From Octopus sinensis (lineage: Eukaryota): a stretch of 64,000 nucleotides of DNA. The notes below the pieces were generated by a model. It saw nothing but the letters and a program-made list of their open reading frames with translations. It had not been told where the DNA came from and searched no databases. Below are positions 11,805-27,416 of the stretch, piece by piece (the stretch's first letter is position 1; every line of letters starts with the position of its first letter). A program made the position numbers and the translations under genes. The stretch is taken from positions 107,694,001 to 107,758,000 of the forward strand of contig NC_043000.1 of NCBI RefSeq assembly GCF_006345805.1, written 5' to 3'.

Positions 11805-13170
11805 TATTATTATATTATTTTATTGTCTTTGCACAGCTTCAAGCGCTGGAGATGTACTACGGTATCAGCTATTCACTACCAGTAAACTAAAGTGACACCT
11901 CTTATTTTTCGAGCACCATCCGGAGTATTCCAGCGTTTTCAAACAGTGCTGTTTTCTGCAAGTGCTCTACCCTTATATAGCCCCTATTTGTTCCATGTAA
12001 TTCTCAAGATTTTTACTTACTCCGACAGTTATTGGTACTACTATCACGTTTTTCAGCGACCACAACTGGTTAACCTCCCAAGCTAGCCATTTATATCTAT
12101 CGACTTTTCTTTCTTTCTTATCGCATACGTTGTTGTCAGCTGGCCATGCTATATCTATGATCCAGCATCACTTGCTTTCTTTCTTAATTAACACCATGTC
12201 TGGGTTCATATTCTCTATCTCATGGTTGCACTGAATCATAAAATCCCATAAGTCTACGCATTATCATTTTCGATAATGCCTTCGAGTTTATGGTCGTACA
12301 ACTTTTTTGCTCTGTCAAGTTCATACTTGTTGCAAAGTTCCAATGGACAAGCCTGGCTATATTGTCATGACGTCTCTTATATTCTTTCTGGGTTAGTGGC
12401 GTACATTGACTGGTAATATGCCATAAGGTTTCACAATTTTATCCACAAATTCTGCACTTATCACTTTCTAATGTATTGTCTATTCTGTATTTGATGTAAT
12501 TGGTTATTAATGCTTGCTCTTGAGCAGCACAGATTAGAACCTCGTTTCCAGTTTTAAATCACCTTTGATCATCCATACCCACCTTTTTTCTCTGTCTGTC
12601 TTATCTTCAGCTTCCCCATGAAAATGTCCATGCATTCTTTTCTTTATCTATCTGCTTTCAGTTTCATTCATTCTCAAGTGCTTGTACAGTACTTAATCTT
12701 TGCGATATTCCATCCTACAAGGCCTAGTCTTCTTGCTTCCAATAATAGTGGTCTGTGGCGTTTTTTTTACATACTATGCTATGTTGTTATCTTCTGCTTT
12801 ACTGCCGTGTTCGCATCCAATCAGTCCTATTCCCCTCTTTTTCTTGGGAATACAGTCTGTCTGCGTCTCTTTTTGGATAAAGTTTCCCAGATCTAGTCAA
12901 CAACTACTCTGTCTTTCTGTCTAAGCTGTTTAGATCGTCTACTGTCCATGCAATTACCCCTGTCCGATATCGAAGGAGTGAAATCGCCCAGGTGCTGCTA
13001 ACTTGAATCTTATTCGGTCCGTTTAATTTCGACTTAAGAATGTCTCAGTCTGCGCAATTACTCTTCCTTAAATCTTTCTGTCATTTCTTTCTCCATCAAT
13101 TTATCCATTTCCATTATCCCTAAGTACTTATAGCCTGGTGAATAGATTCCACAAGTCTGTAAATATATTC
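11713..13170 (-). mobile_element. R4/Dong-type LINE, 3' fragment B (different subfamily)
   Basis: YKYLGIMEMDKLMEKEMTERFKEE (RT thumb region, ~13060-13150); EVNQLWSLKNVIVVPITVG RLE end (~12010-12080); own 3' UTR and (AAT)n tail at 11713-11820. Confidence 0.85.
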
Positions 13171-14055
13171 GGCAGATGGTGAAGAGATCAGCAATAGGCA
13201 TCATCATCATCATCATCACCATTATTACTATTAATTGGGTGGAATAGCAGTAACATAAGAGCACTAATGAAAATGACTAGAGGGATTTGTTTCGATTCAT
13301 TTACATTGCTTTCTACATTCAAATTCCACCGGGGTTCAAATTTGCTTTCGATTCCACTTACGTCGATGAGATATACCACCAATCAACTATTGTGTTCTAT
13401 GGTATTTGTTAACCGATAAAATTACCGGCCTTTTGCCAAGATTTGATACCATATATGGTCAATTGGAAATTCTGAAATCCACTTTGCATTTTATCCCACC
13501 GTTAAAATAATGTAGCAATCAAATACTGAGATCGGTGTGACCAACTAGTCTATCTCCCAAATTTCAGGTATGTGACAATATTACAAATAATAATATTTCT
13601 GAGAAATTACTCATCGTATATTACCAAATATAGGATTCGTGAAAAGCAATGGGTAAAAGAACTCTATACATATAGTGAAAGAGAAAGATCATAATCACAG
13701 GAGGAGCGCAGGAGATGGAGGAAATGGAGATATAGGAGGGGGAGGAGAGAGAGGAGAAGGAGGAGAGAGAAAAGAACATGAGAGGAGTTATACAAATGAG
13801 AAATTTTATTTTATTTTAAGGTAAATATTTTGTATTGTGAAAATTAGTTCTCATTTCATCATTTTGTTTCAGTAACATCTTCAGTGACATCTTGTTCATC
13901 TTTCAGAGGCATTTATCTAAATTTCCCACTAATTTACTCATTGTCTATCAAGAAGCATTACGATTTCGGTGTTGAAAATCACGTAATAGTGTGTGTGTGT
14001 GCGTGTGTATGCGAGTACACACACACACACACACACACAAATATATATATATATA

Positions 14056-14340
14056 GGTTGTGAGTTCGAATCCCGAACTGGGCTGCGTATTGTATTCTTG
14101 AGCAAGACATTATTTCACGTTGCTCCAGTTCTCTCAGCTGTAGAAATGAGTTGCGATGTCATAGGTGCTAAGCTGTATCGGCCTTTGCCTTTCCCTTGGA
14201 TAACACTGGTGGCTTGGAGAGGGGAGGCCGCTATGCAACGGCAAATGCTGGTCTTCCATAAACAACCTTGACCGGACATGTGCCTGGGAGGGTAACTTTC
14301 TAGGTGCAATCCCATGGTCAGTCATGACCGAAGGGGGTCT
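14056..14340 (+). mobile_element. SINE family B, 5'-truncated
   Basis: Begins at the B-box GTTCGAATCC and ends CATGACCGAAGGGGGTCT. Confidence 0.9.
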
Positions 14341-14347
14341 CAGCATA

Positions 14348-14438
<91 letters not shown>

Positions 14439-15686
14439 ATATGTATATATGTATGTATGTACCTATGTATGCATGTATGTATATATTCACTGATACATAT
14501 AAAAATCTATATCTATATATCTATGACTATGTGTGAGTGTGTGTGTGTATGTGAGCGTAGGTGTATCTGTGCATGGGTTTATGCGTGTCGGGTCTCATAG
14601 TGGATATTTCGTAAGAGTTTCGTGTTGTTTAATCCCTCTTCTCTGTATTCTTAGTAAATAGTGCGTGTGTATATGAAATTTTCGGTAGTGTACACATAGT
14701 ACTGTTATTATTGCCCAGCATCCAATTGAGAATTATATATCTTAATATATGTCTAACGCAGCCTCTCTACGGACGCCTAATATCTTAGAATTTATTTTTG
14801 TATATAACTTTGTTGTAATTGATATAATATTCTGTTTGTTATAGTCCTTATTAATCTTTTCTTCATTCGTGTATGTTACGCAATATGTAGTTCATTGATT
14901 CTAAACTATTTATAAGTTTGTATTTGGTCTTCTACTCTTATCTCCGTTTCGTTATCTACTCAGATATTAGTGTTCTTAATTAATTTTCCTTTCTTCAAGG
15001 TTGCCTTGGCGTATTTTTCTAATCCGCGTCTTTATAACAACGTATAACCCTCGTAAATCTATACTAACAACGACGAGAACAGCAACAACAACAATAATGG
15101 TAATAATAAAATGATAACGAGAACAACAGCAGTAGCAATAACAAGAACAACAGCGGCAACAAAGACACTAATTTTAATGATTATTATTATTATCATTATT
15201 ATTCTTAATTTCGTCGTCGTCGTCATCATCAACATCATCATCATCATTTTCCTCTTCTTTGTCTTACAAATCACTATTTTAAAACGTAAATTATTCATGG
15301 TTGTCTTCCTTCGGTATGTTTTGTTTCCTAATTGCAAAGAGATCGAAACAAAAAATAATAGGGAGAGCAATATACATACATACATACATACATACATACA
15401 TACATACATACATACATACATACATACATACATACATACACACACACATACATACATACATACATACACGCACTTTCACAAACACACGCACACACACGTA
15501 CATGTGGCGACTTGACATATATATATGCATTTAAATATATATATATATACTAATATATATGTACGTATGTATGTATACACTTTTATATATACATATATAA
15601 CACACACACATATATATTCGTTTATGTATATGCTTATGGATATATATATATATATATAGATACATATATGTATATATGTATATGTA

Positions 15687-15740
<54 letters not shown>

Positions 15741-15741
15741 A

Positions 15742-15792
<51 letters not shown>

Positions 15793-16924
15793 TACTGATG
15801 TTATAGTATTGGAAGTAGTGTGAGTATGGGAGGTGTTGCGAACACAGGAGGATTGTGTGAGCACGGGAGGTATAACCGTGTAATATTAGTCCTCTAAACT
15901 TCATGCGCAAAAATTTTCTATTTATATTCAGGTTTTCCTTGTTAACTGATGCTTCCTAGTATACCGTTTTTACGAACTTCATATGATTTTTGGTCGGAGT
16001 AATCATGCAGACCACTATTCCATTCGCTTTAGAAATCTTCAGTATGGTATAACTTGTAACTTTTTAGATGTATTTCAGAGAGAAACATTTCATTGTACTT
16101 GAAACAGTTCTAGGCGCTCCAGGTGCTTACTCTGTTGCAGTAGAAGTAGTTATCTGGTGCTTAAAAGTATTCTCTTTATGGGATGTTAAGAAACAGGGAT
16201 ATTTTTCTGTGGTAGCATGGATTTCAGAACATGGTGTAGCCCTGTTCTACTAAGAACAGCAATTTGGGTTTTTGTATACATATCTGTGCGAAATATTTTT
16301 TTTTCTTTGAAGACCAATCGAGCTGAAAGGAAATAAAAGATCAGGAGTTAAGTTATCTATTCACACTGGAATGAAAGCTGCTTACTTACACAGCTTTTGA
16401 TTTAAATATTAAAAGAAACTCCTTCTACACTTCCTTTTAAATGGCATCTAACTGTACCTTTCATGGCAGTTTAAATACTTTCCGATATCGAAATTCTTAT
16501 TACGAACAAAATTTCAAAATAACACTATCAAACATTCTCTTATCGTAAAATTTTAACCTCTACTGTTTTATCTGAGAAATTGGCCCTTAAGGGTTAATGA
16601 AGAAAGTCAGGAAATTTTCAGATATATTTTTTCATACGAAACTTTATGAACACGTTTTTTTTCCTTTCCTAAATCCTGAAAAATCTCTTTAAGATCATTT
16701 GGAGAAAGTATTGCAACTTTTGGATCAAATAATCGTTTGAAATGAAATAAATACAGAATTTTATTGCGTAAAATTTGGAAAATACATGTTCAGTTCGTTT
16801 TCTTTTTTTTTCACAAGGGAATATAGATAATGGAACAAGGAATTGTTGCTACTAATACTGGAGAGTAATAAAATGGTGTCACTAAAACTAAACTTCAAAT
16901 ATATAAATAGAAAGAGAGCTATGT

Positions 16925-16965
16925 AAAATGAGATGTAATGATAATAATGATGAACATGTTAATAG

Positions 16966-16998
<33 letters not shown>

Positions 16999-17430
16999 TG
17001 TTAATAATGATGATGATGATGATAATGATGATGATGATGACAATGATGACGACGACGATCATGATGAGCGTGATAATGATGATGCTGATGGTGGTGGTGA
17101 TGGTGATGATGTGACGGCGATGGTGATGTGACGACGACAATGGAATTAAATATGATAATGGTGGTGGTGTTAATCGTAGAGATAATGATGATAAAGATGA
17201 TGGTGATAAAAATGATGATGATGATGATGATGGATTCTACACAATTAAAATGGATGAATACAAATGTAATAAGGACATGTGTTGATGATAGTAACAACAG
17301 TGGTGACGATGGTGATGATGTTGTTGGTGGTAATGCGGATGGTAATAGAGGTGTAATAATGATGATGATGATGAATGATGTTGAAGATAGTTATTATGAT
17401 GAGGAGGGCGATGATGAGGTGATGAAGGTA
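16925..17430. repeat. (GAT)n/(GGT)n low-complexity tract
   Basis: Directly visible; stops or no protein signature in all frames. Confidence 0.9.
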
Positions 17431-17514
17431 GTTCATAATTACAAATGTTCATATTTACAAAAAGTGGGATAATTCTTTCCTCCCTAAATTTAGCACAACG
17501 CCAGCAATTTTAGG

Positions 17515-17672
17515 TGCGGCGTGTTTAAGAAGCTTGCTTCCCAACCATCTACTCAAGGCTTCCGTCCCGCTGCGCGACACCTCGGGGCAAGTGTCTTCTA
17601 CTATAGCCGCGGCCGAGCAAAAATTTGAGATTGGATTTAGTAGACGTAAATTAACAGAAGTCTGTCGTGTAT
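17515..17672 (+). mobile_element. SINE family A, 5' half
   Basis: GAAGCTTGCTTCCCAACC..GGGCAAGTGTCTTCTACTATAGCC. Confidence 0.8.
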
Positions 17673-18047
17673 ATATGTATATATAAGGATAGATACCCAA
17701 TTTTCTCTGCTGCATTTACAACTTTACTGCTTTCGAAATTTATTGTCTTGTCTGCAAAATTCCAAAACATATTCGACCCTTCCAAAGTTTGTTTATAAAA
17801 TGTTGTTGCATTCGAATAGCTATAATTTATTAATAACTTTAAATTTGATACTAAGTGTTCTGAGAGGCCCGTGTAGCATAATGGTAAAGTACTCGGTCGT
17901 TATCTCAAGTCGCATAACGTTCGAGTCGCATAACCACCTCCTGGTAACTTTCTTTTTTTTTCCGTCTCATAAGGGGTAGACGCTCAATCTTTTTCTGGTA
18001 TCATTACAGCTTCACTGAATTTGAAATTTACTTTCTTGTCTGCAATA

Positions 18048-18086
<39 letters not shown>

Positions 18087-18162
18087 CATAACAATAATCT
18101 TTGGATGTAATTTCCACAAGTCCACAGGGCATATTATTATTATTATTATTATATCTTTTGCC

Positions 18163-18318
18163 GAGGCGGCGACTTGGCAGAGCCGTTAGCACACCGGTCG
18201 AAATGCGTAAAGGATGGAATGCAAAGTCGACCTCAGCAGAATTTTAACTTAAGTCGTAAAGGTGGAGGAAATACCGCTTAGTCAGCGCGGTAACGATTCT
18301 GCCAGCTTGTCGCCTTAC
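18163..18318. mobile_element. Two SINE C heads fused in inverted orientation
   Basis: GGCGGCGACTTGGCAGAGCCGTTAGCAC on + and ACGATTCTGCCAGCTTGTCGCCTT (head on -). Confidence 0.7.
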
Positions 18319-18906
18319 TTAGTTCAGTAAAGTAAAGATGACTTTCGCAGGTGTGTAAAGTCATAAATTAAATCTAATTTCGTTTACTATAATTAGTAGA
18401 ATTATTTTCTTGACCTAACTTGTTTCTGACGTTGTTTCAATTATAATCGTTGTCATTTTTGTTATAGACAAAACTTAGTTGAATTTATTGTTATTTCATA
18501 TATTAAATCACACTTGCGTATAATTTTCTAAAGCACAGAATCTCTAGAATTTAACCATCTCATACTTATCGTCTTAGATTATCATTAGAAACTATTTCTA
18601 AAGGAAGCGAAAATATAATCAGATAATTTATATGGTTTCTGTTTGTGGACTGGTCACAGCATCGGATAGTAGATATGAAAGTTTTGTACAGATAATAACG
18701 TAATATCTAACATCTATACTAAACAAGTTCTAGCTAAAACCCCAACAATGCCTGTATATATATTGTATTAGAAACAGACAACTTTAATTAATCACCAATT
18801 CTTAAAGTTATTTGTGATTTGTGAAAATTCAAATGAAAACCCTTAAATAAATCCCCCATGGGGCAGTATAAATTTAGCCAAGATTAGTTATATATTTTAT
18901 TTTCAG

Positions 18907-18952
18907 CCCAATACAGAAATTCCGGAGTTGAGAATCGGAAGACAAAATTCAG
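18907..18952 (+). other. Candidate 46-nt exon
   Basis: TATATTTTATTTTCAG acceptor, CAG|GTACTT donor; two open frames (PNTEIPELRIGRQNS or QYRNSGVENRKTKF); no family recognised. Confidence 0.25.
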
Positions 18953-19499
18953 GTACTTGTTGAAGCATTTTTTGTATTTTGTTTACAAATCGTATAACGA
19001 AGATGCTCACGTTCTCTAAATCTGCCTAACTCCATGAATCTCTTGATGAAGGCAGTCTGTCTAAAGCGCTCGGTATATATCTACTGGTCAAGGCAATTCA
19101 ACTAAATCCTCCTGTCTTCAAAATAATGTATTATTGAAGACACTCCAAGTTTAGCCATCTCCCCGACAAATCGTATGCTGATAAAACGCCTCTGTTCGAA
19201 TTTTCCCCTTGACAATTTCATTATTCTTACTGGTTATGTGACTACTGATAATGTGTAGTTGTATCAGTAAGTCAGGTTGTTAAATATTAGGATGAGAACA
19301 AAGCAGAAGTTACTTCTAAATTTAATCATCAATAATCGTTCAACGGGTGCACTGTCCCTGTTGTCTTCATTAGTTATGCTCAACTAAACACAGTCAACAA
19401 AAATAACTATCTTGTTTTATCAAATACACACCTCCTTCAAATATTCTCCTGTTTCCGAAGAATAGCAGTAAATGTAGATACTTGCAATCATTGGAAATT

Positions 19500-21050
19500 T
19501 AGTTCCAGTTGTTAAGATATTCACTAGAAATTAATGGAGTGCATTGTATATATTGTATTATATATCTTGATCATTTATCAGATTCTACATATCAATGGTA
19601 TTTGCAAATGTTCCATTCTGTGATTGGAAAAAGCCTTAAGTGATAAACATGACATGATTAATAACTATGCACAAAGAATTAAAAGAAAAATCAGTGCAAT
19701 TTATAATGTTCAAAACCTTCATCAATTTAAATGAAAAGATGCTATATAGACGAGGAAAAGTGTCTACTTCATACCATTAGTTTATAAAATAAATCAAGGA
19801 AATAATGCACTCAATAATTGGCGTAATAATACGGATCGCCAAAAATAAGGAGCCGTTTGCGAGTATTACACCATCTAGGCAAATATGATTGAGGTGACTT
19901 TCTGTGTTTTTTGTAAGATTTCTTTAGAAAACATTTAAAGAATAGTAAGGAGAAATGACACATCTCTTACCACAAATGCCAAAAACGTTTATAGAGAACA
20001 AATCAGATCAATATTTGTATCTGCCATAAAGGAAATCAGGATTTGGTCAGTGATTACCAGTAACTTATAGAATGTGTCTACGAAATCACAACACGCTGCC
20101 TACGTTAGGTTGTCAATTGTGAAAATGTAGATGAACTTTTTCTGAGTTTTGTGGATGTTAAAACAATTGTAGAATCGATAATAAAAACTACTGCGGAAAA
20201 TTTTAAAGATTGGTACATACACCTTGATAAATTACGTGATATAATGCTCCAAGAAGTGATCTGACTTCTATATCTAAAAGCAAAATATTTTACCCTCTCT
20301 GCCGTTCCTATCAATAACAAATACCTTTAGTCAAATGCCGCAATTTTGGCTATTTTCTAATAATTTTATAGTTTCAAAGCGATAATGTTAAATATAAAAA
20401 TATGAAAGGAATTATCTACAAGACAGCCAAATTAAGAAAGAAAGACCTGATTAACTTGATAATAAAACATCAAAATTCATTTATTTCACAAACAAAGATC
20501 AACCATACTTACACTTTCCATAACCTGGAGGCTTTCCTGGATAGACGCATTTTAGTATACACAGAGCACATATTGAGACTAGATATAATCTTTTCTAAAT
20601 CAAAGGTTAAATCTAGTAGTCATGTTGTTTCTTACACTTATTTTCAGATAACATTTGCTGTGTTAGTGTCACAGGTTATCATTCAATTTTCATCTGCATT
20701 TAGCGGACCTTTATGACTTGCTTTATAAATTTCCACAACTACTAGATCTGTTTGATCTAATATTTGCAGAAAAAAACAAGCACAGAAATTAATAAAAGTT
20801 TACGCAGATCACAGACACAACTATGTGTTTACGACTGCAAGCGAAATTAATATGAAATCTCTGCCAACGAAACATGTGACAGAAAATACACTAGTCAAAT
20901 ACCCTCTGCAATTTTTTTGAAGAATATTACCATCGAAACAGTTATTACTATTTTATTCACTACAACATGCTCCCAATATAAACACGGATTTTTCTTCTGA
21001 TGATTCAATGTCCGCGCTAAAGATTAAGTAATTTACTCCTTATAAACTTG
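19500..21050 (+). pseudogene. Decayed hAT-superfamily transposase (ZMYM1/THAP12-like)
   Basis: Ordered motifs across frameshifts: FQLLRYSLEINGVHCIYC (19503, TTF-type Zn finger), VPFCDWKK (~19610), SIIGVIIRIAKNKEP, VNCENVDELFLSFVDV (~20112) and a weak dimerisation-domain remnant SMSALKIK (~21005). Confidence 0.7.
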
Positions 21051-21921
21051 ATCAGCAGGCACAAAAAGCCTCCTCAACCAATCAGGAACCAATTTACTGA
21101 AGAAATGCCAAAACCAGACACTAATGAAATTACAGTTCATTTTTCAGGGAGAAATAAATTCTGATATTGTTTTCAAGAAAATAGTCTCACTATCTGTAAG
21201 TCTTCACAGATTCGTGCCTCCCATCCGAAATATCAATGCGTTTTTACGAAAATAGAATGTCTAGTGACCTGGCGAATGCTACAATTTCACTTCAACAAGT
21301 GAATATCAGTTACCAGCATGCAGAATGTCAATCTTTGATATATAAAGAGAAACACATCTATTCATTATTCCCAACACATTTTGTTCTGTCTCAGACAAGT
21401 TTCGCAATCACAAGCCCTACCTGCGTGGTTGCTTCCCAATCACATGGTGTTGGCTTGTTTGCATTTTCATATGTCAACAGTTCGGGAAAAAAGGTACCAA
21501 TAGAATAAGTACCAAGTTTGAAAATATGGAATGGGCTTCGATTTGCTCGGCTAAACCTTTCAAGACGATGCCTCAGCATGACTGCAGAACAATGATTTAA
21601 AAAAGTAAAAGGTAAAACGTATATTTTAATATCGTTCATATCTCTTACATTATTATCTCTCTTTCTTTCTTCCTCTATGTATGTATGTATGTATGTATGT
21701 ATGTATGTATGTATGTATGTATGTATGTATGTATGTATGTATGTATGTATCTATGTATGTATGTATCTATGTATGTATGTATGTATATATGTATGTATGT
21801 ATGCATGTATGTATGGATATATATATACATACATAAATACATTTGTGTCTATGGAAATATATATCTCAAGGTCTTACGTAAGAAGCCATTGGGTGTTGAG
21901 CAATTTTAGGAGCTATGTATA

Positions 21922-21955
<34 letters not shown>

Positions 21956-22305
21956 GTTGATGTTGTTGTTGTTGTTGTTGTTATTATTATTATTACTATT
22001 GTTATTACTGTTGATATTATTATTATTCTAAATTCCTTTCAGAACCATATCAATAAATCCATGTTTAGTGCTGTTATCCATGTAGATAGTAATCTGTGAC
22101 GATTCCAATAAGTTTTCTTCGCCTTTGTTAAAAATATTTCAATCCACTTGGATTAACGTCGAAAACTGCATTTCGGCGTGAAAACTTGATATGAGTTCAG
22201 GGTACACTTATTAGATATAAGGATACAGCAACAAACATACTCAAACGCACGCATAAAAGATGCGTGTATATATATATATAAATATCAATATCAATATGTA
22301 TGTAT

Positions 22306-22383
<78 letters not shown>

Positions 22384-22882
22384 TGTGTATGTATGTATAT
22401 ATGTGCACAAAAATTAGTGATGTGGATTATGAATGTGAACAACAGGGCAAAGACAAATACCTGTCAGGAATGTTATGCATGCTAAATACGGATACGTTTG
22501 CGCCTCACACACATGCTCAAACGCACGCACGCTTGAGACATATATATGTGTGCGTGTGTGTGTGTATCTGTGTGTGTACATATATATATATACATTAATA
22601 TATGTATGTACATGTATATATATAAATATATACATATATGAATATATTTATATATATATGTATATATATATTAGTGTGTATGTACGTATGTGCGTATGTA
22701 AACGTGTCTGTGTGTGTGCATACGTGTGTGCGTATACATGTGTGTATACGCATGTGTGTGTGAGACGGTATTGGACATGGAACGCGTGTGGATATGACTC
22801 CTTCAAATCGAACACGCCACTATTTACATTAAAGATATAGCCCATTTACAGAACAATGAATATATGTATGCATATATGTATA

Positions 22883-23051
<169 letters not shown>

Positions 23052-25059
23052 TGTATTCATGCATATACTGTCATTTTTCAAAGTTTTCGCTCAGAGTCTG
23101 AAATATTTTTATGGTAACTGTAAGCAAATACGCTGCTGTTTTGTCAAGTATATCTTTTTCCTGAATTCCTCACCTTTCCCCAGGAGTATGTGTCAAGCTT
23201 TTATCGCGTATTTGTCAAATATTTAACTGCTTTGTCAACAGTTATATTTCTTGTTGTTTTGAGAGGTTTCCCAAACATAATTCTTTCTCTGATCCTTTCT
23301 CACACCTTATTGAATAGCTCTCAATAATATTGAACGCTTCTCCCTGACAGCTTTGTGAAAATTTTCACTGAATACTTTACCAGGAGCCAGTTTTCATATG
23401 TTGAGTAAAATGCAAATTAAGAAAATATTGGTTGGCTTGAGGTCCTAATTTCTTCTTTGTTTGTTTCTAACATACAGTGTGTTTTGACAAAATTTGATAA
23501 ATTTTTAGGTGTCCTTTTGTCAGGAGCAGCTTCGTGTATCGGTGACCGGTCAACGACGTTGGAGCGCATAAAGATTAAAGTTGCAGTTGAGAAAAAAGTT
23601 GGCTGAAATGGAGAACTATAAGCCACCTGGATATTGGAAAATAGTTTCTTGAATCATCATTAGTCATTCCGCATGTCAAAAATGCCGACATCATATCTGT
23701 TTATCAATGGTGTGTGAACACTTTAAAGGCCTTTACGTGGCGGCTTGACATACTAGATATAGCTGTTACATAATCATATCTTCTTTTATGAGAGCAACGA
23801 TACACTAGGTGATGTCCTTGTTGATGCACACTGCCCCAAATATAACGAGATGCACACTACATCATAAGGATGCTATGGGAATAAAAAACAACAATCCCTT
23901 AAACTGAACACAAACAACCGCAGCAACAATAACTACATGATATATTTCAGATACTGTGGTTCAAATACTGCTTACCTGCAGTAACTGCATACCAGAGTGA
24001 CCTCAAATGGGTGGCTGACCTCCAAAACAGAGCGTGTCTCATTTTATACTATCAAATAACAATGGGTGATGAGAAACCTATATTCTTAGCCATGATAATT
24101 TTTTCTATGCACTAATTAATTAATATCTAATTTTCGGTGGACAATGATTGTTATTAAATGTTTCGAAACATTTCGTCGTGATTAAATTTAATGTTATTCA
24201 CAGCTTGAAATCTATTTTGTCATGCGTTTGTTCAGTTTTACAATTCTGTCAAAGTGTGCATAATTTGATCGCATGCAAGTAAGCTAGACTGCACGGAAAT
24301 CATGTCTGGTTCATTCAGTTACGTATGTATGTTAGAGAATGTTAAAGTAAAGGTAATGTTTGTATACTTATGTAGAAAAGTTCATATGTTATCTTCTCTC
24401 AAGTAAAACTCATCCATAATAGTCTGTGGCATTCATAGAAACTAATTGCATACGACAGAATACCAAACTGAAAATTATTGCTATCCGTACATATGGGCGC
24501 TTTAAAATATATGGACGCACAAAAACTGGAAGACGCTTCTTGTGATCATTTTGCCAGCAATTCTGTTAGATTATATTAACCGGCTGATTACATTAAGGAG
24601 AGTATCTAACATTATTCGGGCTTATACCAAGTTACCGCTATAATGCGTGCTTGAGTATGTCTATCTGTCTGTCTATCAAATATATTAAGAAAATACAAAA
24701 TCCCAAAAGAAGTACAAGAAGCATTCTTTGTCAATGTTTTGTGTTTGATGCTCAAGGAAGTATGGAAAGAGTATAATGTATTACGTTTCGGACAGATATT
24801 AGAGAATTTGGGAAGCGAAGGAGATACAAAAAGGGGTCTAATATACATACATACATACGTAATAGATACATACATACATACATACATACATACATACATA
24901 CACACACCTATATGTATATGTATGTGTAAATGCATATATATATATATATTTATGCATATATGAATAAATATATACAGACACACACATACACACACAAACG
25001 CGAAAACGCACACATACACGATCATACTCAGAGAAACACACACACACATGCACAGACAC

Positions 25060-25101
<42 letters not shown>

Positions 25102-25263
25102 CCACACACACACAAAGAGAAAGTTCCAAGTTTTTAAGCAGTGTTATTCAGCATTTGAGATTTTCCAAATATCGGAATGAAATTAATCTTCCTCTTGGAA
25201 TGTAGATCGAAGGTACTCTATGTGTGTGTGAATATATGCATATATATACATACATACATACAT

Positions 25264-25343
<80 letters not shown>

Positions 25344-26212
25344 GCATATGTATATATGTATGCAAGTACGTATGTGTCATTGGAGGTGCGTGGACCTGTC
25401 TTTTGTTTGTTGTTCTCTTGAATGTAAGATTGTGATTTCGATTTCTGGACTGTGTGATGTGTTGTCTTCTTGAGCAAGCAAAACACTTCATTTCACGTTG
25501 CTCCAGTCCATTCACCTCGCAATAATGAGAAATCACATACGTATATACACATGTATATATGTATATATACATATATGTATACATGTGTGTGTATGAGTGT
25601 GTGTGTGTGTGTGTATGTGCGTTTGCATATATCTATATATATCTATCTTTTTAATTCTTCGTCCGTCTGTTTATCTAACTTTTTCCGACCAATACCTCAT
25701 GTTCTACATAAAGAAGTGAAAACGCAACCAAACTCAAAAGATTAGACTTCCTTATATAATGATATTTCGGCTCAAAAAGTCCCTATCAAATCAAAAGTTA
25801 GAGTAAGGTTAACTTTCATCTGAACAGGCATGTGGAATGAGAAGAACGCGATTGACATCGCATGGCGCTTGCATGTTGTTGATGGTGAGCATAAAATAAC
25901 TTTGCTGTTTCACAAGTGAATTGTAGAGAATATTCCGAATTCTTTAATTCTAGCTCTTTAGGATCTGCTTTCATTTACCGTTGATGTTAACTTCATTTTT
26001 CATTCCTTCGGAGATCGTTAAAATAAGTCGATGTAATCAGTTGTTCCCTCCCCTCAGTTTGAGGCATTTGTGCCTGTTTCAGAAATCAAGGATGATTCCG
26101 AAGAATTCCTCGGAGCTTCCATTGACTCAGATCTATAAACCGATTTCTTTGGACAAGAGGGTGAACAGTATTTACCCTAAGAATTTAAATACCATAAATA
26201 TATAAGCTTTTA

Positions 26213-26451
26213 TATTTCTATTTCTTTACTACCCACAAGGGGCTAAACACAGAGAAGACAAACAAGGAGAGACAGACGGATTAAGTCGATTATATCGACC
26301 CCAGTGCATACCTGGTACTTAATTTATCGACCCCGAAAGGATGAAAGGCAAAGTCGACCTCAGCGGAATTTGAACTCAGAACGTAACGGCAGACGAAATA
26401 CGGCTACGCATTTCGTCCGGCGTGCTGACGATTCTGTCAGCTCGCCGCCTT
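26213..26451 (-). mobile_element. SINE family C, monomeric
   Basis: Head plus alpha body; degenerate target duplication TATAAG(C)TTT..ATATTTC. Confidence 0.9.
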
Positions 26452-27033
26452 ATAAGTTTATATATTTCACCATACAAGGTTTTATTATCAATAAAACATA
26501 GGTTCTGATGCATAATTAACCAAGCAATTAATGTTTAGCGAATATTTTAAAGTTAAAGTTCTGAAATAATGATATATTATCTGAGGTTTAATTGTCAATG
26601 AAACAATTTCAAGCAACGTTTGTTTTAAGAGCCATGTTAAGGAGTACAACAATAACGTCAGCATATCTGTATTCAATAAATTGCTATTATGTAATTGTCA
26701 TTAAAATATCATTACTCACATAATGGTGTGTATTATCTTTCTATGTAGGTTTGGATTCCCGTACATCACCCACGTAGGATTGGAAGCATGTATATCTTGC
26801 TCGTTAACTAAATGCTATGGAAAATATTAAATATTGTTTTCGTTACACGCATGAACAATAAATTGGTCATAAATACTTATATATTTCTGCAAATTAATTA
26901 ATTTAGTTCTGCACTATTATGAAATTGCGCAGATAGCAGACATATTGTAATTACCATACTGTATGGAGTTCCGCTTACTGACTACAGTTTGTGTAACAGC
27001 TGTTGAGGAAAAGCCGTGTAATTTTATATTGAT

Positions 27034-27158
<125 letters not shown>

Positions 27159-27247
27159 GTCACGCATAAGTACAATAAGTCGTGGGGTCAATCAGACCCT
27201 TTTAAGTAGTTTTGTTGATAGAAACTGAGAAGAGCTCGTTGTATAGA

Positions 27248-27363
27248 CATGGCTATGTGATAAGAAGCTTGCTTCCCATCACATGATTACGAGTTCAGTC
27301 CCACAACGTAGCACCTTTTGCAAGTGTCTTCAACTATAGCCTCGCAATGCCCAAAACCTTGTG

Positions 27364-27416
<53 letters not shown>

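Noticed and set aside
16068-16260. 61-aa ORF and a minus-strand KPKLLFLVEQG KRAB-like string
   Set aside because: Short, stop-flanked, no supporting domain or convincing splice context
20402-20716. 104-aa ORF as a host gene
   Set aside because: Lies within the decayed hAT transposase and has no independent signature
23100-24100. Possible decayed LINE (SDLKWVADLQNRACLIL on +)
   Set aside because: Single weak motif; cannot assign
24775-24800. Minus-strand ATCTGTCC-GAAACGTA half motif
   Set aside because: No upstream core; at most a truncated HHR
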